Source: a virus
Reading direction: 5' to 3' (one strand)
DNA: 64,000 nt
IMG/VR virus record: IMGVR_UViG_3300021963_000081
Span: 22,280 to 86,279 of that record
How positions within the stretch are numbered: the first letter of the stretch is position 1; the number at the start of each line of letters is the position of its first letter. Under the pieces are notes generated by a model that saw only the letters and a program-made list of their open reading frames with translations, did no database searches and was not told where the DNA came from. Shown here one piece after another: positions 48,100 to 58,205 of the stretch. The translations under genes were made by a program, and so were the position numbers.

Positions 48100-48861
48100 A
48101 TGGCGTCACCATATTCTCGCACAGAATTAAAAGATTACTGCCTCCGAAAACTCGGATTTCCTGTAGTCGACATTAATATCGATGATGATCAGCTTGAAGA
48201 TCGTATCGACGAAGGATTGCAAAAATTCAGAGAGTTCCACTACGATGGAACTGAAACAGTTTATCTTGCTCACAAGATTACGAGCGCGGATATTCTAAAC
48301 AAATATGTGCAACTCGCAGATTCAATCATCGGCGTGAGCAGAGTTTTTCCATATACTGGCGTCTCTGTCGCATCGACATCCTCTGCTGGTTTTAATATGT
48401 TCGATATTAACTATCAGCTTCGCCTCAACGATTTTTACAATCTAACTGCATCATCATATACTTACTATGTGATTGCAAGAGAGCATTTAGCAATGCTCGA
48501 CATGATTATTACAGGCGAGTCTCCTTACACCTATAACAAAAAGACAAACCGCGTTCATGTAAAAACCGATTGGGCTGGAAAATTTGTAGCTGGGAATTAT
48601 ATGTGCTTCCTTGCAAATCGTATCGTAGATCCAGAAACTTATGATAAGGTGTTCAACGATACTTGGCTTAAGAGATATACGACCGAGTTGTTCAAGCAGC
48701 AATGGGGAACAAACCTCAAGAAATATGGAAACTATGTTCTTCCAGGCGGTCTTGTGATTAATGGTCAAACTATTTACGATGAAGCATCTATTGCTATCGA
48801 AAAACTAGAAATTGATCTAAGAGACGTTTATGAAGAGCCACCAGGATTTTTGGTAGGATAA
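48100..48861 (+). CDS. gp13: Neck protein gp13
   Basis: P.SR.ELKDYCLR.LG.PV..IN.DDDQ.EDRID, WLK.Y...L.KQQWG.NL.KY...LPGG..NG. Confidence 0.95.
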   Translation: MASPYSRTELKDYCLRKLGFPVVDINIDDDQLEDRIDEGLQKFREFHYDGTETVYLAHKITSADILNKYVQLADSIIGVSRVFPYTGVSVASTSSAGFNMFDINYQLRLNDFYNLTASSYTYYVIAREHLAMLDMIITGESPYTYNKKTNRVHVKTDWAGKFVAGNYMCFLANRIVDPETYDKVFNDTWLKRYTTELFKQQWGTNLKKYGNYVLPGGLVINGQTIYDEASIAIEKLEIDLRDVYEEPPGFLVG

Positions 48862-48862
48862 G

Positions 48863-49750
48863 ATGGCAACGTCATTATATTTCAATAATCAAAATGCTCG
48901 TACAGAGCAGTTATTGCTCGAAGATTTGATCATTGAATCAATCAAGAATCATGGTATAGATGTATACTATATTCCGCGCGATTCACAATCATCAATCGAT
49001 GAACTGTTCGGTGACGATCCAGTTAAATCATTTACACAAGCATTTAAACTAGAGATGTATCTTGAGTCTTTTCAAGATTATGAAGGCAATAAAGAGTTCT
49101 TTGGTAAGTTTGGTCTTGAAATTCAAGAAACTGCTAGACTTTGCATGGCAAGAAGAACTTTTGAGAAGTATGTTACATCTGCATCTAAAGTTACCAGCAA
49201 TGTACCAAAAGAAGGCGACCTAATCTACCTACCAATTCAATACAAATTAATGGAAATTAAGTTTGTTGAAGAAGAAAAGAACTTTTTCCAATTAGGTAGA
49301 GATTCAAAAAATCCATATATGTATGGACTAACAGTTGAAGCATTTAAGTATAATGGTGAGTACATCAATACTGGATATGATATTATTGATAAAATTAGCG
49401 ATGTACAGGCTATTGCAATTAATTACACAATGCAAAGTGGTGGGACTGAAACATTTACTCCACTCGAGTGGGTTTATCAGGGTGCATCTCTTGCGGCTTC
49501 AACCGCTCGTGGTGTTGTTGCTGATTGGGATAAACCAACCCTTACATTGAAACTAAGAAATATTCGTGGTGCATTCTCTGCTAATGCAGCCATTATTGGT
49601 AACTCAAGCGGTGCTCAATATACTCTTGCAGCTGCACCTGATACGCTAAGAAATGCAAACAACGAGGATATGCAAGACAATTATCGCATTGAAACTGAAG
49701 CTGACAATATTGTTGATTTCAGTGAAGCCAATCCATTCGGTGAGCCATAA
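48863..49750 (+). CDS. gp14: Neck protein gp14
   Basis: EQ.L.EDLI.ESIK..G.DVYY.PR, KFGL.I, P.EGDLIY.P, FFQLG, DFSE.NPFG. Confidence 0.95.
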   Translation: MATSLYFNNQNARTEQLLLEDLIIESIKNHGIDVYYIPRDSQSSIDELFGDDPVKSFTQAFKLEMYLESFQDYEGNKEFFGKFGLEIQETARLCMARRTFEKYVTSASKVTSNVPKEGDLIYLPIQYKLMEIKFVEEEKNFFQLGRDSKNPYMYGLTVEAFKYNGEYINTGYDIIDKISDVQAIAINYTMQSGGTETFTPLEWVYQGASLAASTARGVVADWDKPTLTLKLRNIRGAFSANAAIIGNSSGAQYTLAAAPDTLRNANNEDMQDNYRIETEADNIVDFSEANPFGEP

Positions 49751-50754
49751 TGTTTTCGCAATCACATTTTTATCATAGAATTATTCGAAAAATGGTCGTT
49801 GCCTTTGGTACGCTATTCAATGACATTCGACTTGTGCGCTATAATAAAGCAGGTACAGTTGAAATTGAGCGTATTACTGTGCCGCTGCAGTATGCGCAGA
49901 AAGAAAAGTTTTATCAACGCATTACACAAGATCCTGAATTGAACAAAGAAGTTCAAATGACTCTTCCACGAATGAGTTTTGAACTTACTAATATAACGTA
50001 TGATCCATTAAGAAAAAGAAATCTATTTTCAGAAAGTTTTTCTGCTGAGTCTGCAACAACAGTAAAATCTCTTAGAACTACGCCATATAATTTTGAGTTT
50101 ACGCTCACAATCTATGTTAGAAATGTTGAAGATGGGACACAAATTGTAGAACAAATTCTTCCATACTTTAATCCAGACTATACAATGACAATTGATTTTC
50201 TTGGATTAACTGATCAAAAAACTGATATTCCATTTATTCTACAAGACGTGAATCAAAACGTTGAAGATGTTGGTGGCTCTGATCCAATTCGAATGATTAC
50301 ATGGTCATTGACTTTCACTGCAAAAGGTTATATGTATGGTCCAATTGTATCTCGCGATATTATTCGCAAGGTTACTGCCAATACATTTAACAGCGCACTA
50401 ACTGCTGGAAACGAAAGAGTCATTTACTTCGCAAATACAGGTGGTTTGGGAACGTTCCAAACTGGTGAGTTGGTGTATGAGGGTCGCGAATTAAGTTCTG
50501 CGAACTCAACTGCTTTTGTTGCCTCTTGGAACCCAACAGGCAATGTTCTTATTGTGAGTGATGTAAACGGAATCTTGAAAGCAGGCAAATATTTAACTGG
50601 TGCTATTTCAAATGCATCATATAATATCGCAAGTTTCGGATCCAATGATTTACAACTATCTAAGTTGGTCATTACACCAAATCCAAATACAGCAAACCCA
50701 AATACTGCGTTTGGATTCGATGAAGAAAAAACTGAGTTTCCGAATATAACATGA
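49750..50754 (+). CDS. gp15: Tail terminator/sheath stabiliser gp15
   Basis: FYH..IRK.VVAFGTLFN.I, VPL.YA.KEKF, LPRMSFE, QI.EQILPYF.P. Confidence 0.95.
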   Translation: MFSQSHFYHRIIRKMVVAFGTLFNDIRLVRYNKAGTVEIERITVPLQYAQKEKFYQRITQDPELNKEVQMTLPRMSFELTNITYDPLRKRNLFSESFSAESATTVKSLRTTPYNFEFTLTIYVRNVEDGTQIVEQILPYFNPDYTMTIDFLGLTDQKTDIPFILQDVNQNVEDVGGSDPIRMITWSLTFTAKGYMYGPIVSRDIIRKVTANTFNSALTAGNERVIYFANTGGLGTFQTGELVYEGRELSSANSTAFVASWNPTGNVLIVSDVNGILKAGKYLTGAISNASYNIASFGSNDLQLSKLVITPNPNTANPNTAFGFDEEKTEFPNIT

Positions 50755-51167
50755 GTGATACAGATAAAAATCTTGCAGAAATTTTAAACACTGATTATGT
50801 TCCTGTGGTAAGAGAGGAAAATAAAAGTGTTACTATTCATGAGCCAGACAGATCAGCTGATAATCCTGACGCTGACTATTCTCGTGCTAATTATTACAAC
50901 CTTATCGAAAGGGGTAATGAGGCTTTGGATGGCATTCTTGAAGTGGCAAAAGAATCGCAGCACCCAAGAGCATATGAAGTAGCAGCAAATATGATTAAGA
51001 ATCTCTCTGATGTTACAGAGAAGTTGATGATCCTCCAGAAGCAACAAAAAGAATTAAACCCACAGGCTGCTGAAGCAAAGACAACTAATATCAATGTAGA
51101 TAAGGCAGTGTTCGTTGGTAGCACTACCGATCTTTTGAAACAAATAAAGAATGAATCTGCCAAATAA
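50751..51167 (+). CDS. gp16: Terminase small subunit gp16
   Basis: D.DYSR.NYY.LIE.G.EA..GIL.VA.ES.HPRAYEVA, FVGST.DL. Confidence 0.95.
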   Translation: MSDTDKNLAEILNTDYVPVVREENKSVTIHEPDRSADNPDADYSRANYYNLIERGNEALDGILEVAKESQHPRAYEVAANMIKNLSDVTEKLMILQKQQKELNPQAAEAKTTNINVDKAVFVGSTTDLLKQIKNESAK

Positions 51168-52803
51168 AATCAAGAATTATCTTGGTAATCCGCGCCTCAA
51201 ACGCGTTAATATGCCGATGCAGCTCACGGAAGATCAAGTCCGTGAGTATGTCAAGTGCGCAGAAGATCCAGTATACTTTATTGAAAACTATGTCAAGGTC
51301 GTTATGCTTGATAAAGGTTTCGTGCAGATCAACCTTTATCCATTCCAAAAAGATGCTATCGAGAAGTTTAATAAAAATCGTCGCATCATTGTAAAAGCAG
51401 GTCGTCAGGTCGGTAAGACCACGATGGTTGTCGGCTATATTCTTTGGTATGTGTTATTCAATACAGACAAGTCGGTTGCGATTCTTGCTAACAAAGCAGC
51501 CACAGCTCGTGAAATTCTTAGCCGCATTAAACTTGCATATGAAGCACTACCGCATTGGATTCAACAAGGTGTAAAGACTTGGAACAAGGGTGACATTGAA
51601 TTAGAAAACGGATGCCGCATTCTAGCAAATTCTACTGCTTCTAGTGCCATTCGTGGTTTCTCTATTTCGCTACTTTATCTTGACGAATTTGCATTCGTTC
51701 CGACGAATATTGCTGATGAATTCTTCACTTCGGTTTATCCAACCATTTCTTCTGGTACTGAATCCAAGATTCTAATTTCCTCTACGCCAAACGGCATGAA
51801 CCATTTTTACAAAATGTGGAACGATGCAGTTGAGGATAATAACGGATTTACTCACATCTCAGCGAATTGGCGTGAAGTTCCTGGGCGCGATCAGAAGTGG
51901 GCTGACGAACAGTTCCGTGTTCTTGGCGAACAAAAGTTCATGCAGGAAATGGAATGCGAGTTCCTGGGTTCATCGGGAACATTGATTAGTGCGGTTGCTC
52001 TGCGCGCATTGTCACTTGCAAAACCGATTGCAAATACAGGAATTGAAAATTTTAAAGTATATGACGAGGCAAAACCAGATCATCTTTATTTTATGGTCGT
52101 AGATACCTCCCGAGGAAAAGGTTTAGACTACTCGGCATTTACTGTAATCGACGCGACTGCTCTCCCATATAAAGTTGTCGCCACTTATAGGGATAATGAA
52201 ATCAGTCCGTTAGTCTATCCTGCAATTTTAAAACAAGTGGGCACATATTATAATAATGCTTATCAGTTGGTCGAAACGAACGATAATGGACAACAGATTG
52301 TAGATATTTTGTTTGACGATTATGAATATGAAAACATCCTTTCAACAGTTGAGCACGGCAAGTCAAAACTAAATAAGAAACTATTGGTCAATTTTGGTTT
52401 TGGTCAAAAGAGCGGTCGAGGAGTTAAAACGACTAAATCGGTTAAAAGGCTCGGTTGTTCTATCCTCAAAAACCTAATCGAACGCCAACAATTAATTATT
52501 ACAGATTACGATATTATCTCTGAACTCTCGACCTTCGTCTCGAACGGTGTAAGTTATGAAGCCGAAGAAGGTAGCCATGACGACCTTGTAATGTGTTTGG
52601 TTTTATTTGCATGGCTAACGAATCAAAGATTTTTCTCGGATATGACTGATGTTAATATCCGTCAAAAATTAAACGCTGAGCAGCTGAAAATGATTGAAGA
52701 AGAGTCGATCGGAGATCTTATTTTAGCTGGACACATCGATGTCGACAATAAATCGAATGCATTTGTCGAAGATGGTGCCGTTTGGGCTCCTGTCGAGCGT
52801 TAA
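51151..52803 (+). CDS. gp17: Terminase large subunit gp17
   Basis: YLGNP.LK, RQVGKTT Walker A, LDEFAF Walker B, STPNG, DYSAF, HDDLVM. Confidence 0.98.
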   Translation: MNLPNKIKNYLGNPRLKRVNMPMQLTEDQVREYVKCAEDPVYFIENYVKVVMLDKGFVQINLYPFQKDAIEKFNKNRRIIVKAGRQVGKTTMVVGYILWYVLFNTDKSVAILANKAATAREILSRIKLAYEALPHWIQQGVKTWNKGDIELENGCRILANSTASSAIRGFSISLLYLDEFAFVPTNIADEFFTSVYPTISSGTESKILISSTPNGMNHFYKMWNDAVEDNNGFTHISANWREVPGRDQKWADEQFRVLGEQKFMQEMECEFLGSSGTLISAVALRALSLAKPIANTGIENFKVYDEAKPDHLYFMVVDTSRGKGLDYSAFTVIDATALPYKVVATYRDNEISPLVYPAILKQVGTYYNNAYQLVETNDNGQQIVDILFDDYEYENILSTVEHGKSKLNKKLLVNFGFGQKSGRGVKTTKSVKRLGCSILKNLIERQQLIITDYDIISELSTFVSNGVSYEAEEGSHDDLVMCLVLFAWLTNQRFFSDMTDVNIRQKLNAEQLKMIEEESIGDLILAGHIDVDNKSNAFVEDGAVWAPVER

Positions 52804-52815
52804 AAACTACAAAAC

Positions 52816-52823
52816 ACTAAATA
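52816..52823 (+). promoter_or_regulatory. Late promoter ACTAAATA for gp18
   Basis: Intergenic; AGGAG SD downstream. Confidence 0.7.
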
Positions 52824-52862
52824 ACTGGTAAGTTTCTTTATCTCCAAAACAGGAGCAAAAAC

Positions 52863-54554
52863 ATGGCTTTTCAAGTATCTCCAGGCGTGAATGTTTCCGA
52901 AATTGACGCAACAACAGTTGTCCCATCAGTTTCTACATCCACTGGCGCGGTCGCTGGCGCGTTTCAGTGGGGTCCAATCGACCTTCTAAGACAGGTTGGT
53001 TCAGAGGATCAACTCGTTGAACTATATGGCACACCAGATTCAACGACAGCTCTTACGTTCTTCACCGCTGCAAACTTCCTAGCATATAGCAACAGTCTAT
53101 TTGTTTCTCGCTCTGACGCTGAAACACTTAATTCTGCTCTTGCGCTAAACGTTGCTTCAGGTTCCTTTACTGCAAACGTAAAGGTTAAGAGCGAAGATCA
53201 TTACTTCACCTCTTTCTTCACGGCAGCAAATTCAAACATCCTATTCGCTGCTCGTTATCCAGGTTCGCTTGGTAACTCATTGAAGGTTGCAGTTTGCGCA
53301 AATGCAAACGCGACAGCATTCTCTTCTTGGGCATACGCTCCATACTTCGATGCTGCTCCAGGAACTTCAACTTGGGTTGGTGCAAATCATAAGTCAAACG
53401 CTAACGACGAAATGCACATCGCAATCGTCGATGAAGATGGATTGTTCTCAGGAACACCAAACACGGTCATTGAGCGTTTCGCAAACGTATCTAAGGCAAC
53501 CAATGCCAAGGGCGAAAGCGGCGAATCACTCTACTACCGCGATGTTCTATACGTCAATTCACGTTACGTCTATGCAATGGGACCAAACAACTCCACATGG
53601 AGTGTTGCTGCTAATGCGACACATGCCTTCGCAGGTGAAAACCTAGATGGTGTCAGCTTCATTCGCGGTACTGATGCGGTGCCAACTGATGGCAACGTTC
53701 AAACAGCATATGCTCAGTTTGCTTCAACGGATAACGTTGATATTAGCCTCGTAATGACGGCTAACGCAAGCGCAGTATTGGCTGCAAACGTAATCTCTCT
53801 TGCTGTAGGTCGTGAAGACTGCGTAGCGTTCGTATCACCACTACTTGCAAACGTTCAAGCAGCTGATCCAGTTTCTTCTATCGTAAACTATCGTAACAGC
53901 TTGACTGCAACGTCATATGCTGTAATGGATAGCGCATGGAAGTATCAATACGACAAGTACAACGATCTATATCGTTGGATTCCATGTAATGGTGACATTG
54001 CTGGTCTCTGCGCTCGCACCGACCAAGATCGTGATCCATGGTTCTCACCAGCTGGATTCAATCGCGGTCAGTTGAAGAATGTAATTAAACTTGCATTCAA
54101 TCCAAATCAAACACAGCGCGATACGCTCTATAAGGCTGGTGTAAATCCAATCGTCTCGTTCCCAGGAGAAGGCACTGTTCTCTTTGGTGATAAGACTCTT
54201 CTATCAAAACCAAGCGCATTCGATCGTATCAATGTTCGTCGTCTATTCATTGTTCTTGAGAAGGCAATTGCTCGTGCTGCACGCGCAAGCCTCTTCGAGT
54301 TCAACGATGAATTTACAAGAGCGCAGTTTGTGAACCTAGTTGAACCATTCCTAAGATTGGTACAGGGTCGTCGCGGTATCTACGACTTCCGTGTTGTTTG
54401 CGACGAAACAAACAATACTTCAGAAGTTATTGACCGCAACGAGTTCATCGGTGACATCTATATCAAGCCAGCCAAGTCAATCAACTTTATCCAGTTGAAC
54501 TTCGTGGCTGTCCGTACTGGTGTTGCCTTTGACGAAATCGTTGGTCGCTTCTAA
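52863..54554 (+). CDS. gp18: Tail sheath protein gp18
   Basis: SPGV.V.EID.T, F.WGP, PWFSPAG.NRG, FDRINVRRLF, FEFND.FTR. Confidence 0.98.
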   Translation: MAFQVSPGVNVSEIDATTVVPSVSTSTGAVAGAFQWGPIDLLRQVGSEDQLVELYGTPDSTTALTFFTAANFLAYSNSLFVSRSDAETLNSALALNVASGSFTANVKVKSEDHYFTSFFTAANSNILFAARYPGSLGNSLKVAVCANANATAFSSWAYAPYFDAAPGTSTWVGANHKSNANDEMHIAIVDEDGLFSGTPNTVIERFANVSKATNAKGESGESLYYRDVLYVNSRYVYAMGPNNSTWSVAANATHAFAGENLDGVSFIRGTDAVPTDGNVQTAYAQFASTDNVDISLVMTANASAVLAANVISLAVGREDCVAFVSPLLANVQAADPVSSIVNYRNSLTATSYAVMDSAWKYQYDKYNDLYRWIPCNGDIAGLCARTDQDRDPWFSPAGFNRGQLKNVIKLAFNPNQTQRDTLYKAGVNPIVSFPGEGTVLFGDKTLLSKPSAFDRINVRRLFIVLEKAIARAARASLFEFNDEFTRAQFVNLVEPFLRLVQGRRGIYDFRVVCDETNNTSEVIDRNEFIGDIYIKPAKSINFIQLNFVAVRTGVAFDEIVGRF

Positions 54555-54560
54555 TAAATA
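54553..54560 (+). promoter_or_regulatory. Late promoter AATAAATA for gp19
   Basis: At the gp18 stop, 25 nt before ATG; AGGAG SD. Confidence 0.7.
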
Positions 54561-54584
54561 GAGTATAGGCTCAGGAGATAATCA

Positions 54585-55160
54585 ATGCCATTCAATGTAA
54601 ATCAATTTCGTACACAGTTAAGTGGAGATGGCGCACGTCCTAATCTATTTGAAGTGCGACTCAATTTCCCAAGTTATGTAACTGGTCGTTCAACGGCACA
54701 ATTAAAGTCTACATTCATGGTTAAAACTGCTCAGCTTCCTGGCTCAACACTCGGTAGCGTACCAGTAAACTACTTCGGTCGCGAAGTTAAAGTTGCTGGC
54801 AATCGCACGTTTGCTGACTGGACAGTAACAGTAATTAACGATGAAGACTTTATTATCCGTAATGCAATGGAATCATGGGTCCGTGGAATCAACGATAACG
54901 AAACAAACTTACGTGCTGCACTCACGACACAGCAATATGCTGCTGATGCTGAAGTGTTCCAATACTCAAAGGCTGGTGGGTCACCAATCAAGAAGTATAA
55001 GTTCGTCGGTATGTTCCCAATCGATATCGCTGCAATCGACCTAGACTGGGGTTCAAACGATGCAATCGAAGAATTCTCAGTTACCTTCCAATATCAGTAC
55101 TGGACTACGCAAGATCAAAACGTGGCTAGAACTGGTGTTCTTGGCGGTCTATTCGCTTAA
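54585..55160 (+). CDS. gp19: Tail tube protein gp19
   Basis: GARPNLFEV, A.LPGS, GR..K.AG.RTF.DWT.TV.NDEDF, IEEF.VTF.YQYW. Confidence 0.98.
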   Translation: MPFNVNQFRTQLSGDGARPNLFEVRLNFPSYVTGRSTAQLKSTFMVKTAQLPGSTLGSVPVNYFGREVKVAGNRTFADWTVTVINDEDFIIRNAMESWVRGINDNETNLRAALTTQQYAADAEVFQYSKAGGSPIKKYKFVGMFPIDIAAIDLDWGSNDAIEEFSVTFQYQYWTTQDQNVARTGVLGGLFA

Positions 55161-55169
55161 TTTGAATAA

Positions 55170-55193
55170 GGGGAGAGGGGCAACTCTCTCCCC
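55170..55193 (+). terminator. GNRA-capped hairpin between gp19 and gp20 (weak terminator or mRNA stabiliser)
   Basis: GGGGAGAGGG-GCAA-CTCTCTCCCC; no good U-tract. Confidence 0.55.
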
Positions 55194-55214
55194 ATTCTAT
55201 ATGATGGAGCACAC

Positions 55215-56861
55215 ATGGCTATAAATCTTTTCGGTTTCGAGATCCTTCGAAAAAAGCCTGAAATACAACTTCAGCCTCAGGTTTCTACACCTGTAAGCGA
55301 TGATGGTGCGATCACCGTCACTGCTGGTGGTTACTTTGGAACTTATCTAGATCTTGAAGCAAGTTTTAAAAATGAAAATGATCTTATCACTCGTTATCGA
55401 GAGATGGCAATGCAGCCTGAACTCGAAACAGCGATTGATGATATCGTAAATGAAGCTGTTGTTCATGACGTTACTGGCAAGTCAGTTACAATTCTACTAG
55501 ACGACTTAGAGCAGCCAGATAAAATCAAAGACATGATTCGCGAAGAATTTGATAACGTTCTTCGTATGTTAGACTTCTCTAATTTTGGTCCTGATCTATT
55601 CCGTCAATGGTATATCGACGGAAGATTATTTTACCAAGTTTTGATCGATGAGAAACAGCCACGTCTTGGTATTCAAGAATTGGTTTATATCGATCCAAGA
55701 AAAATCAAGAAAGTTAGACACGTTGTAAAGAAAAAAGATCCTAGAACTGGTGTTGATGTTGTTCAGGGCGTACAAGAATTTTACGTCTTCAACGAAAGAG
55801 CAACGCTTCAGGGTCAACAGAACATGGTGTCAACATCGACAATGGGTATGCCATCAACAGTTGATGGTGGTGTAAGAATTGCCGTTGATGCGATTGTTAA
55901 TGTTAACTCTGGTCTGATGGATGCTAAGAGAATGTTAGTTCTCTCATACCTTCACAAAGCCATCAAGCCACTCAATCAATTACGCATGGTTGAAGATGCG
56001 GTAGTTATCTATCGTCTATCGCGTGCACCAGAACGTCGTGTGTTCTACATCGACGTTGGTAACATGCCTAAGATTAAATCAGAGCAATACTTGCGCGACA
56101 TTATGACAAAGTTCCGCAATAAGGTTGTCTATGATTCAGCCACTGGCGAAGTTAAAGACGACCGCAAGTTTATGTCAATGATGGAAGACTTCTGGATCCC
56201 ACGTCGTGGTGAAGGTAAGTCAACAGAAATTACAACTCTACCAGCAGGACAAAATCTAGGTGAGTTGTCTGACGTTCAGTATTTCGAAAAGAAGCTCTAC
56301 CGATCACTAAATGTTCCTGTTTCTCGCTTAGAACAAAACCAAGGGTTTAGTTTAGGTCGTTCAACAGAAATTACACGCGATGAAATTAAGTTCAGTAAGT
56401 TTATTAATAAACTTCGTACCAAATTTAGTTTATTGTTCGATGAGTTGATGGAAAGACAGTTGGCTCTAAAAGGCATCTGCTCCGTCGACGAATGGCAAAA
56501 ATTAAAAGAAAAGATTCACTATGATTTCCTTAAAGACAACAACTTTATGGAACTCAAAGAAGCAGAGTTAATGGCAGCACGTTTACAACTTATGTCACAA
56601 ATCGACCCATACGTTGGAGTATACTTCTCGAAGGGTTGGGTGCGTAAACATGTTCTACAATTTGATGAAGAAGGCATTGAAAGAATGGCGAAGGAGATGG
56701 CTGAAGAAGAGGCTGCTCAACCACAAGAGCCTATGTCTCTCTCAACACCACCCCCTTCAAATCTTGCTGAACCAGCTGCGAATAATGTCGCAGCACAACC
56801 AACAGTATCACCTTCAGCAAATGATCTAAACCAATCGTTTAATGCTCAAATTACTAAATAA
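55215..56861 (+). CDS. gp20: Portal vertex protein gp20
   Basis: LI.RYR.MA, WYIDGR, SYLHKAIK..NQLRM.EDA.VIYR.SRAPERR.FYIDVGN.PK, EDFW.PRR. Confidence 0.98.
   Translation: MAINLFGFEILRKKPEIQLQPQVSTPVSDDGAITVTAGGYFGTYLDLEASFKNENDLITRYREMAMQPELETAIDDIVNEAVVHDVTGKSVTILLDDLEQPDKIKDMIREEFDNVLRMLDFSNFGPDLFRQWYIDGRLFYQVLIDEKQPRLGIQELVYIDPRKIKKVRHVVKKKDPRTGVDVVQGVQEFYVFNERATLQGQQNMVSTSTMGMPSTVDGGVRIAVDAIVNVNSGLMDAKRMLVLSYLHKAIKPLNQLRMVEDAVVIYRLSRAPERRVFYIDVGNMPKIKSEQYLRDIMTKFRNKVVYDSATGEVKDDRKFMSMMEDFWIPRRGEGKSTEITTLPAGQNLGELSDVQYFEKKLYRSLNVPVSRLEQNQGFSLGRSTEITRDEIKFSKFINKLRTKFSLLFDELMERQLALKGICSVDEWQKLKEKIHYDFLKDNNFMELKEAELMAARLQLMSQIDPYVGVYFSKGWVRKHVLQFDEEGIERMAKEMAEEEAAQPQEPMSLSTPPPSNLAEPAANNVAAQPTVSPSANDLNQSFNAQITK
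56853..56860 (+). promoter_or_regulatory. Late promoter ACTAAATA
   Basis: At the gp20 stop; GGAG SD and ATG 56877 follow. Confidence 0.55.
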
Positions 56862-56876
56862 TAATTGGAGATTTTT

Positions 56877-57116
56877 ATGAACACTATCGATTTAGTTAAT
56901 GCTGCACTAGTTGGAGATTCAGGAGCATTTAAGAATGCTTTTGACGCTGCGATTTCAGCGCGTGTAAATGATGCACTTGAAGTAAAGAAAGTTGAGATTG
57001 CGTCTTCACTACTCACACCAGAAGTACAAACAAATGAAATTGAAGGACTTGAGACAGAAATTGACGGAAGCGCCGAATCAGAAGTCGATGCAGGCGTCAC
57101 CTCAAACGCAGAGTAA
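56877..57116 (+). CDS. Small acidic prohead core protein (gp67-like position)
   Basis: AF...I..RV.DALE.KK.EIA and acidic tail; directly after the portal gene. Confidence 0.7.
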   Translation: MNTIDLVNAALVGDSGAFKNAFDAAISARVNDALEVKKVEIASSLLTPEVQTNEIEGLETEIDGSAESEVDAGVTSNAE

Positions 57117-57906
57117 TACTTCAGACGCTGAATTGCGTCAAAAGTTAAACGCTGCAAAAACAACATTGGGAATTAAAGGTCTCAATGTGAGTGCTGCTGC
57201 ATCGGGTCATGCAAAAGTAACAAAAGCAATTGCTGCAAATCCTAAAGCACAATTTAGTCAGGTGATTAATAAACTATCGCCAACTGAAAGAACAAATTAT
57301 ATTGCGGCAACATCACAAGTTCCATCAGATGCTCTCTCATCAGATGTTCCAATGAATCGTTTTCGTCGTCAGTTACAAGTTTTGAAACCAGCTGCAACGG
57401 CTAAAAAGTCATTAATGAATTCATACGAAATTATCGACAAAGAACAAATTTGTGAAGCAACATTGCGCGATGAAGTAAATCCACCACCAATGCTTGTATT
57501 AAAAAGAACAGGCATTCGTATTTTCCCAGATGGTCGTCGCGTTGCAATGTATGTTAATTCTAGAATGGGATTAACATTTACAATTCCATATCGTCCAACA
57601 GGCACAAAGACAGATGACGCAACTGTTCCTGGATCCGTATCAGAAGAGATCATGGAAAGTTTAGAGCAAGTTGCGAAATTTGCTCAACAAGATAACGTTA
57701 CATCGAATTCTAGACACTTTAAATTTGCCGATGGTTCAAAGTTAAAAGTCAGTCACGGTGCAGCAAAAGCCATTCATATGGTTCACGGCGCATTGAACGA
57801 TGAGAATAAAAAGAAATTTGCTGATATGCTTACAAGCCCAAAGGGGTTTGAGAAAGCAGCACATTTTGCATTAAGTAAAGTCCAATTTACAATTGGTGGA
57901 AAATGA
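57034..57906 (+). CDS. Hypothetical head/prohead-associated protein
   Basis: MKLKDLRQKLTEA start, PPPML.LKR..IR.FPDG..VA.Y domain; head operon; start uncertain. Confidence 0.65.
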   Translation: MKLKDLRQKLTEAPNQKSMQASPQTQSNTSDAELRQKLNAAKTTLGIKGLNVSAAASGHAKVTKAIAANPKAQFSQVINKLSPTERTNYIAATSQVPSDALSSDVPMNRFRRQLQVLKPAATAKKSLMNSYEIIDKEQICEATLRDEVNPPPMLVLKRTGIRIFPDGRRVAMYVNSRMGLTFTIPYRPTGTKTDDATVPGSVSEEIMESLEQVAKFAQQDNVTSNSRHFKFADGSKLKVSHGAAKAIHMVHGALNDENKKKFADMLTSPKGFEKAAHFALSKVQFTIGGK

Positions 57907-58205
57907 GTTTAGTATCAGAAATTGTAAGAGAAATTATTGCTGAAGCCAATATTCAAAAAATTGGTCGCAAAAAACTAATTCGCGCTCGTGTTCGTGGTGG
58001 CAAGGTTCAGCGTCGCAAAGTCTTTTCTGCTGTAAAAGGTTTTACGATTCGTGGTGGTAAACTAGTTCGTATGAAGCCACAAGAGCGTTTACGCAGAAAG
58101 ATGGCTGCGCGCAGAGCAAAAGTAAAGCGCAAAGCAAAGATGGCTCGAGCACTTATAAAAAGAAAAAGATCTCTCATGAAGAGAAAAGCATTGGGGATAC
58201 GTTAA
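57903..58205 (+). CDS. Arg/Lys-rich prohead core protein (gp68-like position)
   Basis: Very basic 100-aa protein ending KRKRSL.KRKALG, immediately before gp21. Confidence 0.7.
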   Translation: MSLVSEIVREIIAEANIQKIGRKKLIRARVRGGKVQRRKVFSAVKGFTIRGGKLVRMKPQERLRRKMAARRAKVKRKAKMARALIKRKRSLMKRKALGIR

